Part shown: one piece after another, positions 37,892 to 47,748 of the stretch
Position numbering within the stretch: position 1 is the stretch's first letter
How the letters are laid out: every line of letters begins with the position of its first letter
From: a virus
Taxonomy: Duplodnaviria; Heunggongvirae; Uroviricota; Caudoviricetes
DNA length: 64,000 nucleotides
Reading direction: 5' to 3' (one strand)
Virus record (IMG/VR): IMGVR_UViG_3300028914_000001
Coordinates: 358,151-422,150 of that record
The notes under the pieces: model-generated
The model's database searches: none
Told to the model about the DNA's origin: nothing
What the model saw: only the letters and a program-made list of their open reading frames with translations
Position numbers and translations under genes: made by a program

Positions 37892-38584
37892 ATGCGTATA
37901 TTTTCAAAATTCAGAGACTATTATGACAGTGCGTTGAGCGTGTTCAACGACCCGACCATCGTGTATGAAAGGCATACCCGCATGGAAACCGTAACCACCA
38001 GCAAGGAATTGCCTACCCACATCTGCTTGGGCAAGAACGATGGGTTTGACGTATTTAACCATAATGAAACCCTGTTCCACATCGGCTTTTGCGGAAAGTG
38101 GTTCCATTGCTGCGGCCATCAAGACAGGAATACGCTCAAGACAACGTATATCTATGTGGACCAGGCGGAAATCCCGCATTTGCTCCCTTGGTACAGTCAG
38201 GGCAATGCTGTCTTAGACATGAATGCCGACCCGTTCTGGAACCGGGACGTCTTCGTCAAGTTCAACTCCCCGATTCTCGCCGTCGGATATTCCCCGAGGA
38301 AGTCCACCCCGACCAGTGACAAATATGCCTACAACGTGATTGTGAACCCTCAGCTCACCTGCGTCGACATGACAGAGCTCGTGCCGAACAGCTATCAAGA
38401 GGAGGACATCAGGTTCGTGACCAGGCTCGACCCGTTCACGGCGATGCAGGAACTTGAAATGTTCATTGGCAACGTACTCACAAACAACACCTCGCCCACG
38501 ATGCCTGTCGGCACTGACGACCAGATTAGGGACTCCAAGGGTTTCGACAAGTGGAGTTTCCGAAAGATGAAGGAAAAGAAATGA
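37892..38584 (+). CDS. hypothetical phage protein (probably leaderless)
   Basis: MRIFSKFRDYYD...DPFTAMQE...KGFDKWSFRK. Confidence 0.75.
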   Translation: MRIFSKFRDYYDSALSVFNDPTIVYERHTRMETVTTSKELPTHICLGKNDGFDVFNHNETLFHIGFCGKWFHCCGHQDRNTLKTTYIYVDQAEIPHLLPWYSQGNAVLDMNADPFWNRDVFVKFNSPILAVGYSPRKSTPTSDKYAYNVIVNPQLTCVDMTELVPNSYQEEDIRFVTRLDPFTAMQELEMFIGNVLTNNTSPTMPVGTDDQIRDSKGFDKWSFRKMKEKK

Positions 38585-38721
38585 AACTTATCGTAGCTGC
38601 GACAATGGCGTTTTTGTTCATGGCCTGTTCCGTAACCGAGAGCAAGCCTGTCAAAGAACTTGAAATTTTCCATCCGCAGCGAACTGTTGCGGACACCACT
38701 AGAATCATGGAGGAACTATGA
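38581..38721 (+). CDS. small putative lipoprotein (46 aa, not in ORF track)
   Basis: MKLIVAATMAFLFMAC; ATGA overlaps at both ends. Confidence 0.6.
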   Translation: MKLIVAATMAFLFMACSVTESKPVKELEIFHPQRTVADTTRIMEEL

Positions 38722-39167
38722 GCTGGTTTTCCAGAAAGCGCAAGAACCACTATATTGCCGTCATAACGAAGTATAATGAAAGGGAGCCGTTGAAAAACAC
38801 GATATGCTTGTGTATCGAGCTTGACAACCTCGTCAAAGCAAAGAATCTTATCCTAAACCAAATCAGGGTAAATATCTTAATCGACCATGCGCCAGCTATG
38901 GAGGATGACCCCGATGGCCAGAAAACGAAACGTTGCATAAAGGCGCTGCACTTCGAAGCAAACGGGGAAACCCTTCACGGGGAAAATGCGCTGCAGGCGA
39001 TAGGGGAAGCTCTCATCCCTTCATCAAGCTTCGAGACGGCTAAGGAGCGTGACGAATACTACGAGAACTTTGCCTCTACATCGCTTAGTTTCTGCACCAT
39101 CGACGACCACATGATGAGAAGCGTATACGGTGTATTCCTTAGGTTAAGACGAGACGGCGAGGCATAA
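38718..39167 (+). CDS. hypothetical protein
   Basis: GGAGG RBS. Confidence 0.7.
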   Translation: MSWFSRKRKNHYIAVITKYNEREPLKNTICLCIELDNLVKAKNLILNQIRVNILIDHAPAMEDDPDGQKTKRCIKALHFEANGETLHGENALQAIGEALIPSSSFETAKERDEYYENFASTSLSFCTIDDHMMRSVYGVFLRLRRDGEA

Positions 39168-39169
39168 AT

Positions 39170-39394
39170 ATGTCAAATGGCTACTATCTAGTAGAGCATA
39201 CCACATCCGATTTCAACCGTTTTTGCATCGTCAGGGCGGCAAACCCGTCGGAAGCTAAGAGGATTGCCAAGAAGCAGAACTACGACCCTCTATGGCGCCC
39301 AGGGTTCGAGAAGTTCAAGCTGAGGGAGTTTAAGGCGACCCCGATTGAAAAACTCGATATGATGAAATCGGGCTGCTCCTTATGTTTCGGATAA
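39170..39394 (+). CDS. hypothetical protein
   Basis: operon packing. Confidence 0.6.
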   Translation: MSNGYYLVEHTTSDFNRFCIVRAANPSEAKRIAKKQNYDPLWRPGFEKFKLREFKATPIEKLDMMKSGCSLCFG

Positions 39395-39422
39395 TTTTCT
39401 TACATTTTCTCCATATACCTCT

Positions 39423-39451
39423 TGACAGTGCTGTATTATTTATGTATATTA
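39423..39451 (+). promoter_or_regulatory. sigma70-like promoter
   Basis: TTGACA-N17-TATATT. Confidence 0.8.
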
Positions 39452-39484
39452 TTTTCAAAATAACACTCAATATGGAGAAACATC

Positions 39485-39952
39485 ATGGACAAGGAACTAC
39501 TTGAGGCTATCGAGAAGCAGAACAAGCTTACCGCCGAAGTCATGGAACAGGCTGCCACGCTCCGTCTGTCCGTAGCCGACCTCGAAAACAGAAACCAGCA
39601 GATGGCTCAGGAACTCGAATCCCTCCGCAAGATGCATTACAACAACGCCAAGCTGATGCAGTCCCGCCTGCTCTCACAGTGGGGGCTCCGTGTCCGTTAC
39701 GCCCGTGCGATGCATCGCCTGTTCGAATCCAAGTTCCGTGATGGAAAGGAAAAACTGTATACTTTCGACGGCTGCGGTCCGTACAAGTCCGTATCCGATA
39801 CTCCGAGGGAACTGCTCTCTGTCGGCGAATGGGTCCTGATTTGGTACGAGGTAGAAAAGCGTGTTACGAAACGCTACCAGATGTTCGCAGAAAGCATCAA
39901 GCGTATCCGTGAATCTGAAAAGAGGAAAAAAGATGAAAAAGAAATCAAGTAA
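39485..39952 (+). CDS. coiled-coil hypothetical protein
   Basis: GGAG RBS. Confidence 0.7.
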   Translation: MDKELLEAIEKQNKLTAEVMEQAATLRLSVADLENRNQQMAQELESLRKMHYNNAKLMQSRLLSQWGLRVRYARAMHRLFESKFRDGKEKLYTFDGCGPYKSVSDTPRELLSVGEWVLIWYEVEKRVTKRYQMFAESIKRIRESEKRKKDEKEIK

Positions 39953-40370
39953 ATCACCGTCGTTCAAGGTGCTCTTACACGAGTTTGACCAAATCAAGTT
40001 CGTCAACATTTTTGAACTTCCACAGTTTGCCGCCCTGATGAAGGCATTGAAAAAGCTCAAGAAGAAGCTTTACGCATGCTATGGAAAGGATGACGCCAAG
40101 TTCCAGAAAATCGTCAGTTCGATTATTTGTAGCGAAGCAGTCGTCAATTCGATTGTGGGCAAAAAGGGAAAGGCCGCCAAGCTCACTCCCGAGGACCTTA
40201 TCGAACATGAACTTCGCAATAAGTGCATGTATTTCTTCTGGGCCAAGTGCGAGTACGAGGTCGTCGTCACGGGATGGCCCAACACCGATATCGAAAAGAA
40301 AATCGACGTTTACCTGCAGTTGGCCGCCAACTGGGATGTTTTCAAACAACTTGTATTCGAGGCAATCTAA
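39933..40370 (+). CDS. hypothetical phage protein
   Basis: YFFWAKCEYE...KIDVY-x-Q pattern; GAGG RBS. Confidence 0.7.
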   Translation: MKKKSSKSPSFKVLLHEFDQIKFVNIFELPQFAALMKALKKLKKKLYACYGKDDAKFQKIVSSIICSEAVVNSIVGKKGKAAKLTPEDLIEHELRNKCMYFFWAKCEYEVVVTGWPNTDIEKKIDVYLQLAANWDVFKQLVFEAI

Positions 40371-40513
40371 TGAACAACCAACATGAACTCCTGACATATG
40401 CCCGTCCCTCAAACATGGAAGTAGCCCAGCGTTTGAACAAAATTTTCATCAACTCCTGTTACGACAGGTTTGTAGCCAGTCCCAAATTCCATCTTTATGA
40501 AGCGAAGAAATAA
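40370..40513 (+). CDS. small hypothetical protein
   Basis: TAATG coupling. Confidence 0.5.
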   Translation: MNNQHELLTYARPSNMEVAQRLNKIFINSCYDRFVASPKFHLYEAKK

Positions 40514-40515
40514 CT

Positions 40516-40944
40516 ATGTTCGGACCCTTTGGAAGAAAAGCGAGAAAAGAAGCTAGCGAACGCCTTGGGTTCGAGGTTACGCTGTGGATGGAAATACGGG
40601 CTCAAGCAGAAGTGTTTGCCAGGTGGGTATATAACAAAATTTTCCCCACAAAACAAATTCTCATCTCCATGTACTACAACATGATTAACCATTTCGCTTC
40701 TCCCGAAAAGGCTTACAAGTACATGAATGACAGCGGCATCGTCAAGGTAAAGCGTGGCTGGAACAAGATTACCGTATGGGCTAAGCGTCCCGGTATCTTC
40801 ATCGGCCCTGCTGGCAGGGAAGTCTACTATCTCGAAGAGAAGCTCTGCAAGAAGATAATCGTGAAGGAACACAGGAACCTGAATGCAGTCGAAAAGGCGT
40901 ACGAACACATGGCGTTCGTCTGTGCCTATCACGACGAATACTAA
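40516..40944 (+). CDS. KH-domain (ribosomal protein S3-like) RNA-binding protein
   Basis: ITVWAKRPGIFIGPAGREV-xx-LEEKL...IIVKE. Confidence 0.65.
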   Translation: MFGPFGRKARKEASERLGFEVTLWMEIRAQAEVFARWVYNKIFPTKQILISMYYNMINHFASPEKAYKYMNDSGIVKVKRGWNKITVWAKRPGIFIGPAGREVYYLEEKLCKKIIVKEHRNLNAVEKAYEHMAFVCAYHDEY

Positions 40945-40955
40945 CGGAGGTTAAA

Positions 40956-41255
40956 ATGAATTTCATCTCTCTCACATATAGCCTGAATACAGAACACACT
41001 ACATACGACTGGGTTGAATTTCTTAACGCATTCAAGGCCCTTGGCGACTGGCACCATCCGATTGAACCCATGTGGCTCCTATGCACGGAGCTTACTGTGG
41101 AAGAGGTTTACCAGAAGATAACCAAGGTCGCCGATAAATGTTTCGAAATTTATCACATAACTGAATTCAATCCACGAAATATGCACGGTTGCCTGCTGAG
41201 CCAGACATGGGCGTGGATAAAGGAAAAGGTGGATAAAGTCTATGGCCAGTCCTAA
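40956..41255 (+). CDS. small ferredoxin-fold (Cas2-like) protein
   Basis: TYSL...YD...LGDWHH...WLL-x-T pattern; GGAGG RBS. Confidence 0.55.
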   Translation: MNFISLTYSLNTEHTTYDWVEFLNAFKALGDWHHPIEPMWLLCTELTVEEVYQKITKVADKCFEIYHITEFNPRNMHGCLLSQTWAWIKEKVDKVYGQS

Positions 41256-41514
41256 CCATGTTCGCATCGTAGGCTCAACTTACCTCGTGTTCACCGAGGC
41301 TGGACTGAACGCAGCCTTGTATGAAGTATGCAAGGATGGCGGCACTACCCGAAAGCAGTGCAGAGAGATGCTGCGATACCGTGACGGAAAATATCCGTCT
41401 TTAATCCAGTTCGTCGACCTTTCGTTCGAATTGATGAAGGTCTTTATGTACCGCCGTGACCTTACCAAGGACGAGGCGGATGTTTTATACAATTCAATCG
41501 GTGAAGTAAAATGA
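41242..41514 (+). CDS. hypothetical protein
   Basis: operon packing. Confidence 0.6.
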   Translation: MASPNHVRIVGSTYLVFTEAGLNAALYEVCKDGGTTRKQCREMLRYRDGKYPSLIQFVDLSFELMKVFMYRRDLTKDEADVLYNSIGEVK

Positions 41515-42356
41515 AACTAATTTCTTTGGACACTATACTGTACAAATTTGGCAAGGCTCCGGCAAAGGACAACTTCGGATTCATTCCCGACAAGCCGAGA
41601 AAGAAGGCTTTGAAGCTCCGTGCGCAGCTTGAAGACATCAAGTTCGACTTGAACCCGTACAAGCATGGATATCTCCGTTTTGGAGAACTGTTCGAGCTTA
41701 CTTGCCGTAACTATACTGCTGAACAGCTTACAAAGCCCGAGGACCCGCTGTACGCCTGCTATGTACAGGTGAGATTGAAGCCAGAGGAAGGATGCACACA
41801 TCGTCTGGTGGAAATGTGTCGTAGAATCCTGTCCGTAGGCGACAAGAACTCGAAAGGGCTGGATTGCTGGTTCCCCTCATGGCAACTTGCATGCACCGAC
41901 ATTTACGAATCCATGGTGGACTATCTCAACAAGTTCCTCAAACATTTAATTGCTCTCTACGATAGACTATTCGAAGTCCAGGGATTGCCCGATAATATCG
42001 GTCTCTCATCTGAGTACTGCAAGGAGACGAATAGGCACGAGTTCCGCCTTGAAATCAGGCCGAAGGATGTCAAACCGATTCTCAATTTTTACGCTGCCGA
42101 CGGATGGTGCGCAGACGCATTGAAGGAATACCGAGAATACCTCGTCGAGTGCCTTGCCAAGGCTGCTGGCCAAACTATCACTCCGTGGGAACCCGTCGCT
42201 TTCGTCAGGCCCATCTTTGTCCACGTTGCCGTCCTGGATAAAAAGAAAGCAAAAGAGAAGCTGGAAAACGAGTGCAAGGATGTCATCAAGGATATCACGG
42301 CAAAGTCCAACGAACTCATGATAACCAACGCCCATAACAAGAAGGACAAGAAATGA
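41511..42356 (+). CDS. hypothetical protein
   Basis: 281 aa; ATGA overlaps. Confidence 0.75.
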   Translation: MKLISLDTILYKFGKAPAKDNFGFIPDKPRKKALKLRAQLEDIKFDLNPYKHGYLRFGELFELTCRNYTAEQLTKPEDPLYACYVQVRLKPEEGCTHRLVEMCRRILSVGDKNSKGLDCWFPSWQLACTDIYESMVDYLNKFLKHLIALYDRLFEVQGLPDNIGLSSEYCKETNRHEFRLEIRPKDVKPILNFYAADGWCADALKEYREYLVECLAKAAGQTITPWEPVAFVRPIFVHVAVLDKKKAKEKLENECKDVIKDITAKSNELMITNAHNKKDKK

Positions 42357-42769
42357 GTTTTCAGCCGAATATTGAGTTCCCTCTCCGTCTTGAAATGGAG
42401 GGGAATCCCTACAAGTGGATTCCTTTCCGTGATTCCGACGGTATCTACAAGCTTCCGTGCCACAGTGACGGATACGATGCGGACTATCTGGTTACCGACG
42501 GGCATTGGCACTACGAGATATACAACATGGGCGGAAAGCGACAAATGGGCGACATCGCCCATCTGCCGTATTCCTACTGGTTCTCCAAGCCGTTAGACAG
42601 GAATAGACGCATGAACAACCACGAGTGCCCTCTCGTGATGGAATACGGCGTCGAGTATCTCGTATGTATGAATTGGAGCAAACTTACATTCATTAGTATC
42701 GAAGGCCTGATGAAAGACGCCAACCCGATTTCATACTGGTACGACGACAAAGACCTTTTTCATATTTAG
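42353..42769 (+). CDS. hypothetical protein
   Basis: ATGA overlap. Confidence 0.7.
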   Translation: MSFQPNIEFPLRLEMEGNPYKWIPFRDSDGIYKLPCHSDGYDADYLVTDGHWHYEIYNMGGKRQMGDIAHLPYSYWFSKPLDRNRRMNNHECPLVMEYGVEYLVCMNWSKLTFISIEGLMKDANPISYWYDDKDLFHI

Positions 42770-42778
42770 GGGTTACCC

Positions 42779-43153
42779 ATGAAAGAAGAAGAATTTTTAC
42801 GAATGGCAAAAACATACGGCGTCCGTGTAGGTGCCGAAAAGACACATCCTGATTTCCCTGAAAGGGATTTTCGGGAACTCGTTCTGGCCGACATCCACAT
42901 TGGCGTCATCAATTACCAGACGCATTTTGGCGACCCAGATAAGTCGGGCCGCTATGTTGTCATCCAACCCGACCCGTACAGGATTCTCCGGGTGGATGAC
43001 GAATGCAAGGTTGATGACATCACCGAGGAAAAGTTCGTCGCCATGCTTCGCCGTCATGACATGTTCAGCTCTGAAAAGATTCTCAACATGATGGATAGGC
43101 TGGCTGGTTATCTCGATGATGTAATGGCAATGAAACGCAAGCTGGATGGATGA
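42779..43153 (+). CDS. hypothetical protein
   Basis: operon packing. Confidence 0.7.
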   Translation: MKEEEFLRMAKTYGVRVGAEKTHPDFPERDFRELVLADIHIGVINYQTHFGDPDKSGRYVVIQPDPYRILRVDDECKVDDITEEKFVAMLRRHDMFSSEKILNMMDRLAGYLDDVMAMKRKLDG

Positions 43154-43161
43154 GGTAAGAT

Positions 43162-43554
43162 ATGTACAATTATTTCAAAGGCGGCGAACAGTACCGCTAT
43201 GCCGACCGTCCAATCATCGTTACAATCCCCGAGGGAAGCCCGCATTATGGGGAGCACTGTACCGACTACCACTACATTTCCAAGACGAAAATCGAGCTGT
43301 CCAAAAGGTTCTATGAACTCTTCGGCATCCATATCGACTGGACGACATTCCGTCCGCAATATAAGGGTGAAGAACATGGATTGTACCCGTCATCAGTCAG
43401 ATTCTGGCTCCCTAACGAGGATATAACGCAGACTCCCTACAACACGCTTGGATTCTCCCGCCCATTCCGAAGATACCTGGCAAAAACCAAGAAGATTGAA
43501 CTGATGCGAGAAGATTCGATGTTCTACGATATTTTCATCAACGGGGACTTGTAA
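43162..43554 (+). CDS. hypothetical protein
   Basis: GAGG RBS. Confidence 0.7.
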   Translation: MYNYFKGGEQYRYADRPIIVTIPEGSPHYGEHCTDYHYISKTKIELSKRFYELFGIHIDWTTFRPQYKGEEHGLYPSSVRFWLPNEDITQTPYNTLGFSRPFRRYLAKTKKIELMREDSMFYDIFINGDL

Positions 43555-43597
43555 TGCCGAGAATCGAAATGATTTTCGGTTTTTTCATATCTATGTC

Positions 43598-43626
43598 TTG
43601 CAAAACCCGATTAAATATACTATATT
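43598..43626 (+). promoter_or_regulatory. sigma70-like promoter
   Basis: TTGCAA-N17-TATATT. Confidence 0.65.
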
Positions 43627-43663
43627 CTATCGTGGAATCATTTTTAAACCTAGGAGAAATTCT

Positions 43664-44056
43664 ATGAATGCAACACTAATTTTAGCTTGGGTGCTCTTTG
43701 CAGCTTGGATTGCACTTCAGGTATATATCAGACTGCAACCTAAAACTCATATCGTTACGGATTTTAGCAAGCTGCTCTGTTGTAATCAGTACGAACAAGC
43801 CGTTTACTTGCTTAAAAACAGCAACAAGAAGCATCTTGCCTGTGAACTGAAAGGCATTATGAAGGATGCCAAGAAAAAGGACCTCAAAGGCTATTGTAAT
43901 CCGGCGTGTAGTCAAAAGTGCCGCTACCGTTTCGCATACGAGCTGTATCTCATGTTTGTCGGGGAATTGAAAGTCAAGGCAGACTATCTTGACCAATGTG
44001 AGCTCGATGAAGGGAGAAGAGACTATATCGAACGACTTAAAGCTATCGTAGGGTAA
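43664..44056 (+). CDS. hypothetical membrane-anchored protein
   Basis: AGGAG RBS; N-terminal TM segment. Confidence 0.7.
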   Translation: MNATLILAWVLFAAWIALQVYIRLQPKTHIVTDFSKLLCCNQYEQAVYLLKNSNKKHLACELKGIMKDAKKKDLKGYCNPACSQKCRYRFAYELYLMFVGELKVKADYLDQCELDEGRRDYIERLKAIVG

Positions 44057-44059
44057 TGT

Positions 44060-44350
44060 ATGGTGAATTACAAAGAACTCAAATCCACAGAAGAAATCGA
44101 AGACGTGTTCGGTAAGCGTCGTGGCATCACTTTTCGTTGCGGGAATTGCCACTGTGCATTCATTCAGGACATGCGTCACATCCGCTTTTATGAATCCGTA
44201 AAGGGCGAGTCCAGCCTTTGGGACCGCCGTACATACGTTGTCAAGACGGAATGCCCTACATGTAAGCAGGAATTGTCCGTGGTTGCCGATAGTGAGTTGG
44301 CAATCAATCCCCGTGACTACTGGAAAGACAAACTCAAGGAGCGTAGATAA
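44060..44350 (+). CDS. Zn-ribbon hypothetical protein
   Basis: CGNC...CPTC. Confidence 0.7.
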   Translation: MVNYKELKSTEEIEDVFGKRRGITFRCGNCHCAFIQDMRHIRFYESVKGESSLWDRRTYVVKTECPTCKQELSVVADSELAINPRDYWKDKLKERR

Positions 44351-45258
44351 TGCAAGCGTTCATCCTATCAGACATTCACCCCGATGTATGGTTCTCCTGT
44401 GCGAACAAGCCGTCCATGCTGCGTGATGACGACCCGAAGGAAGAAGTCGTAGTCAAGACGATGGAGCATCTGTGGGACAAGTTCGATTATCCTATAATCG
44501 ACGCTATCATCGTTGCCGGGGACATCGCAAACGACTACCTCACCTACACCCGTGCAGTAAAGTGGTTGTCCAGCAAGTACAAGGAAGTCTACCTCTGTCT
44601 AGGGAACCACGATATCCTCGTCCGTGGCGCTACACCGTCCAAGTCGAACCTCCCGTTCAAGACATCCGAAGAAAAGATTGCCGCAATACAGAAGTTCTGT
44701 GGCTCTCTCGGGAATGTACATCTGCTCGAAGGCAGGAACATGGACAACATCTATGGCTGCATGGGCATGTGCGACTTCCAGGTTGAAGCGGCATCGTTCG
44801 GACACAACAAGAAGCTTCTCTGGAAGCGTGAATGGTTTGACGGAAACTACTGGCGATACTTCAAGCAAGACCCAGATGCCATCTGGGCCCACTACGACAA
44901 GATGATGACCGAGCTTGTCGAGAAGCAGCCAGCAGTCATGATGACCCACTTCGCCCCATACGAAGTAGGCGTGAACTTCGAGTATCGCAATAGCCCGCTG
45001 AACACATTCTTCTACTTCAACGGGAAGAAGTATTTCGACATGCTCGACCATGACGCAGTCTGGATTTGCGGCCATGTCCACGACAAGAAGATTTGCGAAT
45101 ACGAGAACGCAAAGGGAAAGATTATCAAGATTCTGTGCAACCCGAACGGGTATCCGGGGGAACACCGAGACTTCGCCGACACAATGACCATCGTCGGAGA
45201 TAAATTGAAACGTGGCAGCTGTCGTGTTTCCAACGAAGACTTCATAATTACAATCTAA
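44350..45258 (+). CDS. calcineurin-like metallophosphoesterase
   Basis: SDIH, AGD, GNHD, THFAP, CGHVH, NP-x-GY. Confidence 0.9.
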   Translation: MQAFILSDIHPDVWFSCANKPSMLRDDDPKEEVVVKTMEHLWDKFDYPIIDAIIVAGDIANDYLTYTRAVKWLSSKYKEVYLCLGNHDILVRGATPSKSNLPFKTSEEKIAAIQKFCGSLGNVHLLEGRNMDNIYGCMGMCDFQVEAASFGHNKKLLWKREWFDGNYWRYFKQDPDAIWAHYDKMMTELVEKQPAVMMTHFAPYEVGVNFEYRNSPLNTFFYFNGKKYFDMLDHDAVWICGHVHDKKICEYENAKGKIIKILCNPNGYPGEHRDFADTMTIVGDKLKRGSCRVSNEDFIITI

Positions 45259-45269
45259 GGAAAATCAAA

Positions 45270-45608
45270 ATGATTTACACACTAGAAGTTACAAAAGTAC
45301 TCTTCTCGCTCATTATTATCGTCCTCGTAGGTTTGTTTATAAGTTCCTTTATATTCAATAAGGACTATGTATCAAAGGTATCTAAGGTCTGTACCTATAT
45401 CATTGCCGTGTCAACAATCGCCCTGTTCATTGAAGTAGGAACAAGATACCATTACTTGGGATACAAACTGGTCAAGGATGATGGTCATGTGTGCCAGCCT
45501 CCTACATTCGTAATTGACTCGACAAAATATAATGGAGACTTCATTTACGAGAACGACAAGTTCTATATTAAGAGAACAGGCACCAATACAGTAATAATCG
45601 CAAGATAA
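45270..45608 (+). CDS. membrane protein
   Basis: two TM segments. Confidence 0.7.
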   Translation: MIYTLEVTKVLFSLIIIVLVGLFISSFIFNKDYVSKVSKVCTYIIAVSTIALFIEVGTRYHYLGYKLVKDDGHVCQPPTFVIDSTKYNGDFIYENDKFYIKRTGTNTVIIAR

Positions 45609-45619
45609 GGAAGGTTAAA

Positions 45620-46006
45620 ATGACCGATATCGAACTCGCATCGCAGCGTGGCCTTACCCCCGGCGCCTTCGTAAGGCATTTCAAGCGTGAAACACTCAGT
45701 AAAGAGGAACTAAAAAAGAATCCTCTTATGTACCTCTACCAGATTGTAGGCATCGCTGAGCATACCGAGAGCAAGGAGATGCTCATGGTTTACAGGGCTC
45801 TCTACGGAAAGCCCACGTTCTGTGCCCGTCCTCTCTCGATGTTCATGAGCGAAGTTGAGAAGGATAAGTACCCGTACATCAAGCAGAAGTATCGTTTTGA
45901 AGCAGACCCTTGCCCGTGCTATACCTGCAAGTGCCATTGCCAGAACGGATGCAAGGAACAGCGTGACTGGAACGAAGTTTACTCACGAGTTGCCGAAGGG
46001 CGTTAA
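45620..46006 (+). CDS. DUF1653-domain protein
   Basis: RHFK, AEHTE, VYRALYG, ARPLSMF, YRFE. Confidence 0.85.
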   Translation: MTDIELASQRGLTPGAFVRHFKRETLSKEELKKNPLMYLYQIVGIAEHTESKEMLMVYRALYGKPTFCARPLSMFMSEVEKDKYPYIKQKYRFEADPCPCYTCKCHCQNGCKEQRDWNEVYSRVAEGR

Positions 46007-46008
46007 CA

Positions 46009-46275
46009 ATGGAAGTTGAAACCCTTGAAATCCCGTGGAAGACATTCGCTGAGGAACTTCCTAAACGGAATGTATGGATTTGGGTCACTGGCCCAAAGGA
46101 TGGGTTCATTGATGCGTCCAAGACGACTCTCATGCCGAACTACAACAATAAGGACGAGATGATTCCTGACGGATATAATTTCCACTACGAGCGCCATATC
46201 CGCTACCTCAAAAGCAGCATGAATTGGAAATGGTGCCATGTCAGCGATATCAAATCAAAGCTAATGAAGGTATAA
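46009..46275 (+). CDS. hypothetical protein
   Basis: operon packing. Confidence 0.65.
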   Translation: MEVETLEIPWKTFAEELPKRNVWIWVTGPKDGFIDASKTTLMPNYNNKDEMIPDGYNFHYERHIRYLKSSMNWKWCHVSDIKSKLMKV

Positions 46276-46277
46276 CC

Positions 46278-46460
46278 ATGCGTTTTATCGTCGACATGAT
46301 TTCGTTGTTTGTATCGTCGGCATTCATTGTTGTATCCATAGCGTTCATAATAATGCCTGGATACTCCCGTGGGCCCGCAATAGTTATCCTTGCCGCCACT
46401 CTAATCGAGTTTGCCAGGGCGACGTGCGATTTCGCCCGCCACTTTAGGAAAAAAGAATAA
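46278..46460 (+). CDS. small membrane protein
   Basis: two hydrophobic helices. Confidence 0.6.
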   Translation: MRFIVDMISLFVSSAFIVVSIAFIIMPGYSRGPAIVILAATLIEFARATCDFARHFRKKE

Positions 46461-46461
46461 A

Positions 46462-46821
46462 ATGAACTATGATGATTTAAAACAAGAAGAAATCCTGTGC
46501 TGGTATGACGGCCCCCTGATTGAAACACTCAGGGACACTGACGGCAATGCCTATATCGCATACAACGACATCCCTGATGATGAGATTCTTGCCAAAGTCA
46601 GCAATGAACTGCTGATTAAGATGATTAAGAACCAGATATCAATTTCAGAATGTTTCAGGGCTGGCTCGCAGAAATGGAAATGGGACACCGAAAAGCGAGA
46701 ATATGTCGAAATCCCGGAGTTCAATCCAGATGACTTGCTCGACGATAAGGTCCATTTCGAAGATGTCTGTTATTTTGAATACGACAAGAATTATCTGACC
46801 ACACTAGAAAACAAGGAATAA
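46462..46821 (+). CDS. hypothetical protein
   Basis: WYDGPL motif; ATG 46462. Confidence 0.7.
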   Translation: MNYDDLKQEEILCWYDGPLIETLRDTDGNAYIAYNDIPDDEILAKVSNELLIKMIKNQISISECFRAGSQKWKWDTEKREYVEIPEFNPDDLLDDKVHFEDVCYFEYDKNYLTTLENKE

Positions 46822-46825
46822 TACT

Positions 46826-47512
46826 ATGGCAACGAAACCCGCAAAAGAATCCTTAAAGGAAACCTTCAATGATGTTCTTATCCAGATTTACTACAAACTG
46901 GATATCAAGGGCGGCATCAACCGTGAATGGATTGACCTTGCAGAAGAAAAGAAGATTCTGCCCGAGTTCCTCGCATGGTACTCTCCCACATGGTTCGCCA
47001 AGCGTTTCCCGCACAATGCAGACGACCTCCCGAAGGGCGTTACACCAGCACAGCATTTCGTCACCTTCGACCCGAAGAAGGGTCTCCTCCTCTGTGTAGG
47101 ATATTACTTCGACGAAAACCTTCTTGTAGACGACAAGGAATTTAAGTCCCTCCTGGAAGAAATCGTCGACGATGCCCGAGGGCAGTTCGCCGACGGATGG
47201 GGAGAAGGGTTCGAACAGCGTGACTTCAAGATTGGCCGCAAGACTTATTCCCCAGACCCTACCAGCAACGTGGTCTACATCGTCTCACCTATCGAATCTA
47301 GCGAGGCAATGATGATTCGCTGGAAATCCATTGCCGAAATCGAAAATGTGGACTGGATGCGTGACTACGACAACGACATCTGGAACATCCTCTACAATCC
47401 CAAAAAGCACAAGGAAAATAAGGAAGCCTCCAGTATCCGTTCATGGGGAGACAAGCTCGAAATGTATGAGTTCGTAGAAAAGAACAAGAACAAATTCTTC
47501 TTTGCATACTAA
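46826..47512 (+). CDS. hypothetical phage protein
   Basis: GQFADGWGEGFEQ motif. Confidence 0.75.
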   Translation: MATKPAKESLKETFNDVLIQIYYKLDIKGGINREWIDLAEEKKILPEFLAWYSPTWFAKRFPHNADDLPKGVTPAQHFVTFDPKKGLLLCVGYYFDENLLVDDKEFKSLLEEIVDDARGQFADGWGEGFEQRDFKIGRKTYSPDPTSNVVYIVSPIESSEAMMIRWKSIAEIENVDWMRDYDNDIWNILYNPKKHKENKEASSIRSWGDKLEMYEFVEKNKNKFFFAY

Positions 47513-47523
47513 TGAGGTGATAG

Positions 47524-47745
47524 ATGACTTTGACAAGCTGCTTGTTCGTCGCCGATATTCTCGTATTTTTCTTCTCCATAGTCGTCGCCTCCGCTATGGA
47601 CTCTGTATTGCCGAAGTTGAAGGAAACCCCGTCGTTGTATGCTGAATGCAAATTCATACGACTCACCATGCGAATAACCCTGGTAATCAGCATCCTCGGC
47701 TTTATCGCAACAACCCTATTCATGTATCTAAAGGATGGAGTATAA
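47524..47745 (+). CDS. small membrane protein
   Basis: two TM segments; GAGG RBS. Confidence 0.6.
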   Translation: MTLTSCLFVADILVFFFSIVVASAMDSVLPKLKETPSLYAECKFIRLTMRITLVISILGFIATTLFMYLKDGV

Positions 47746-47748
47746 CCT

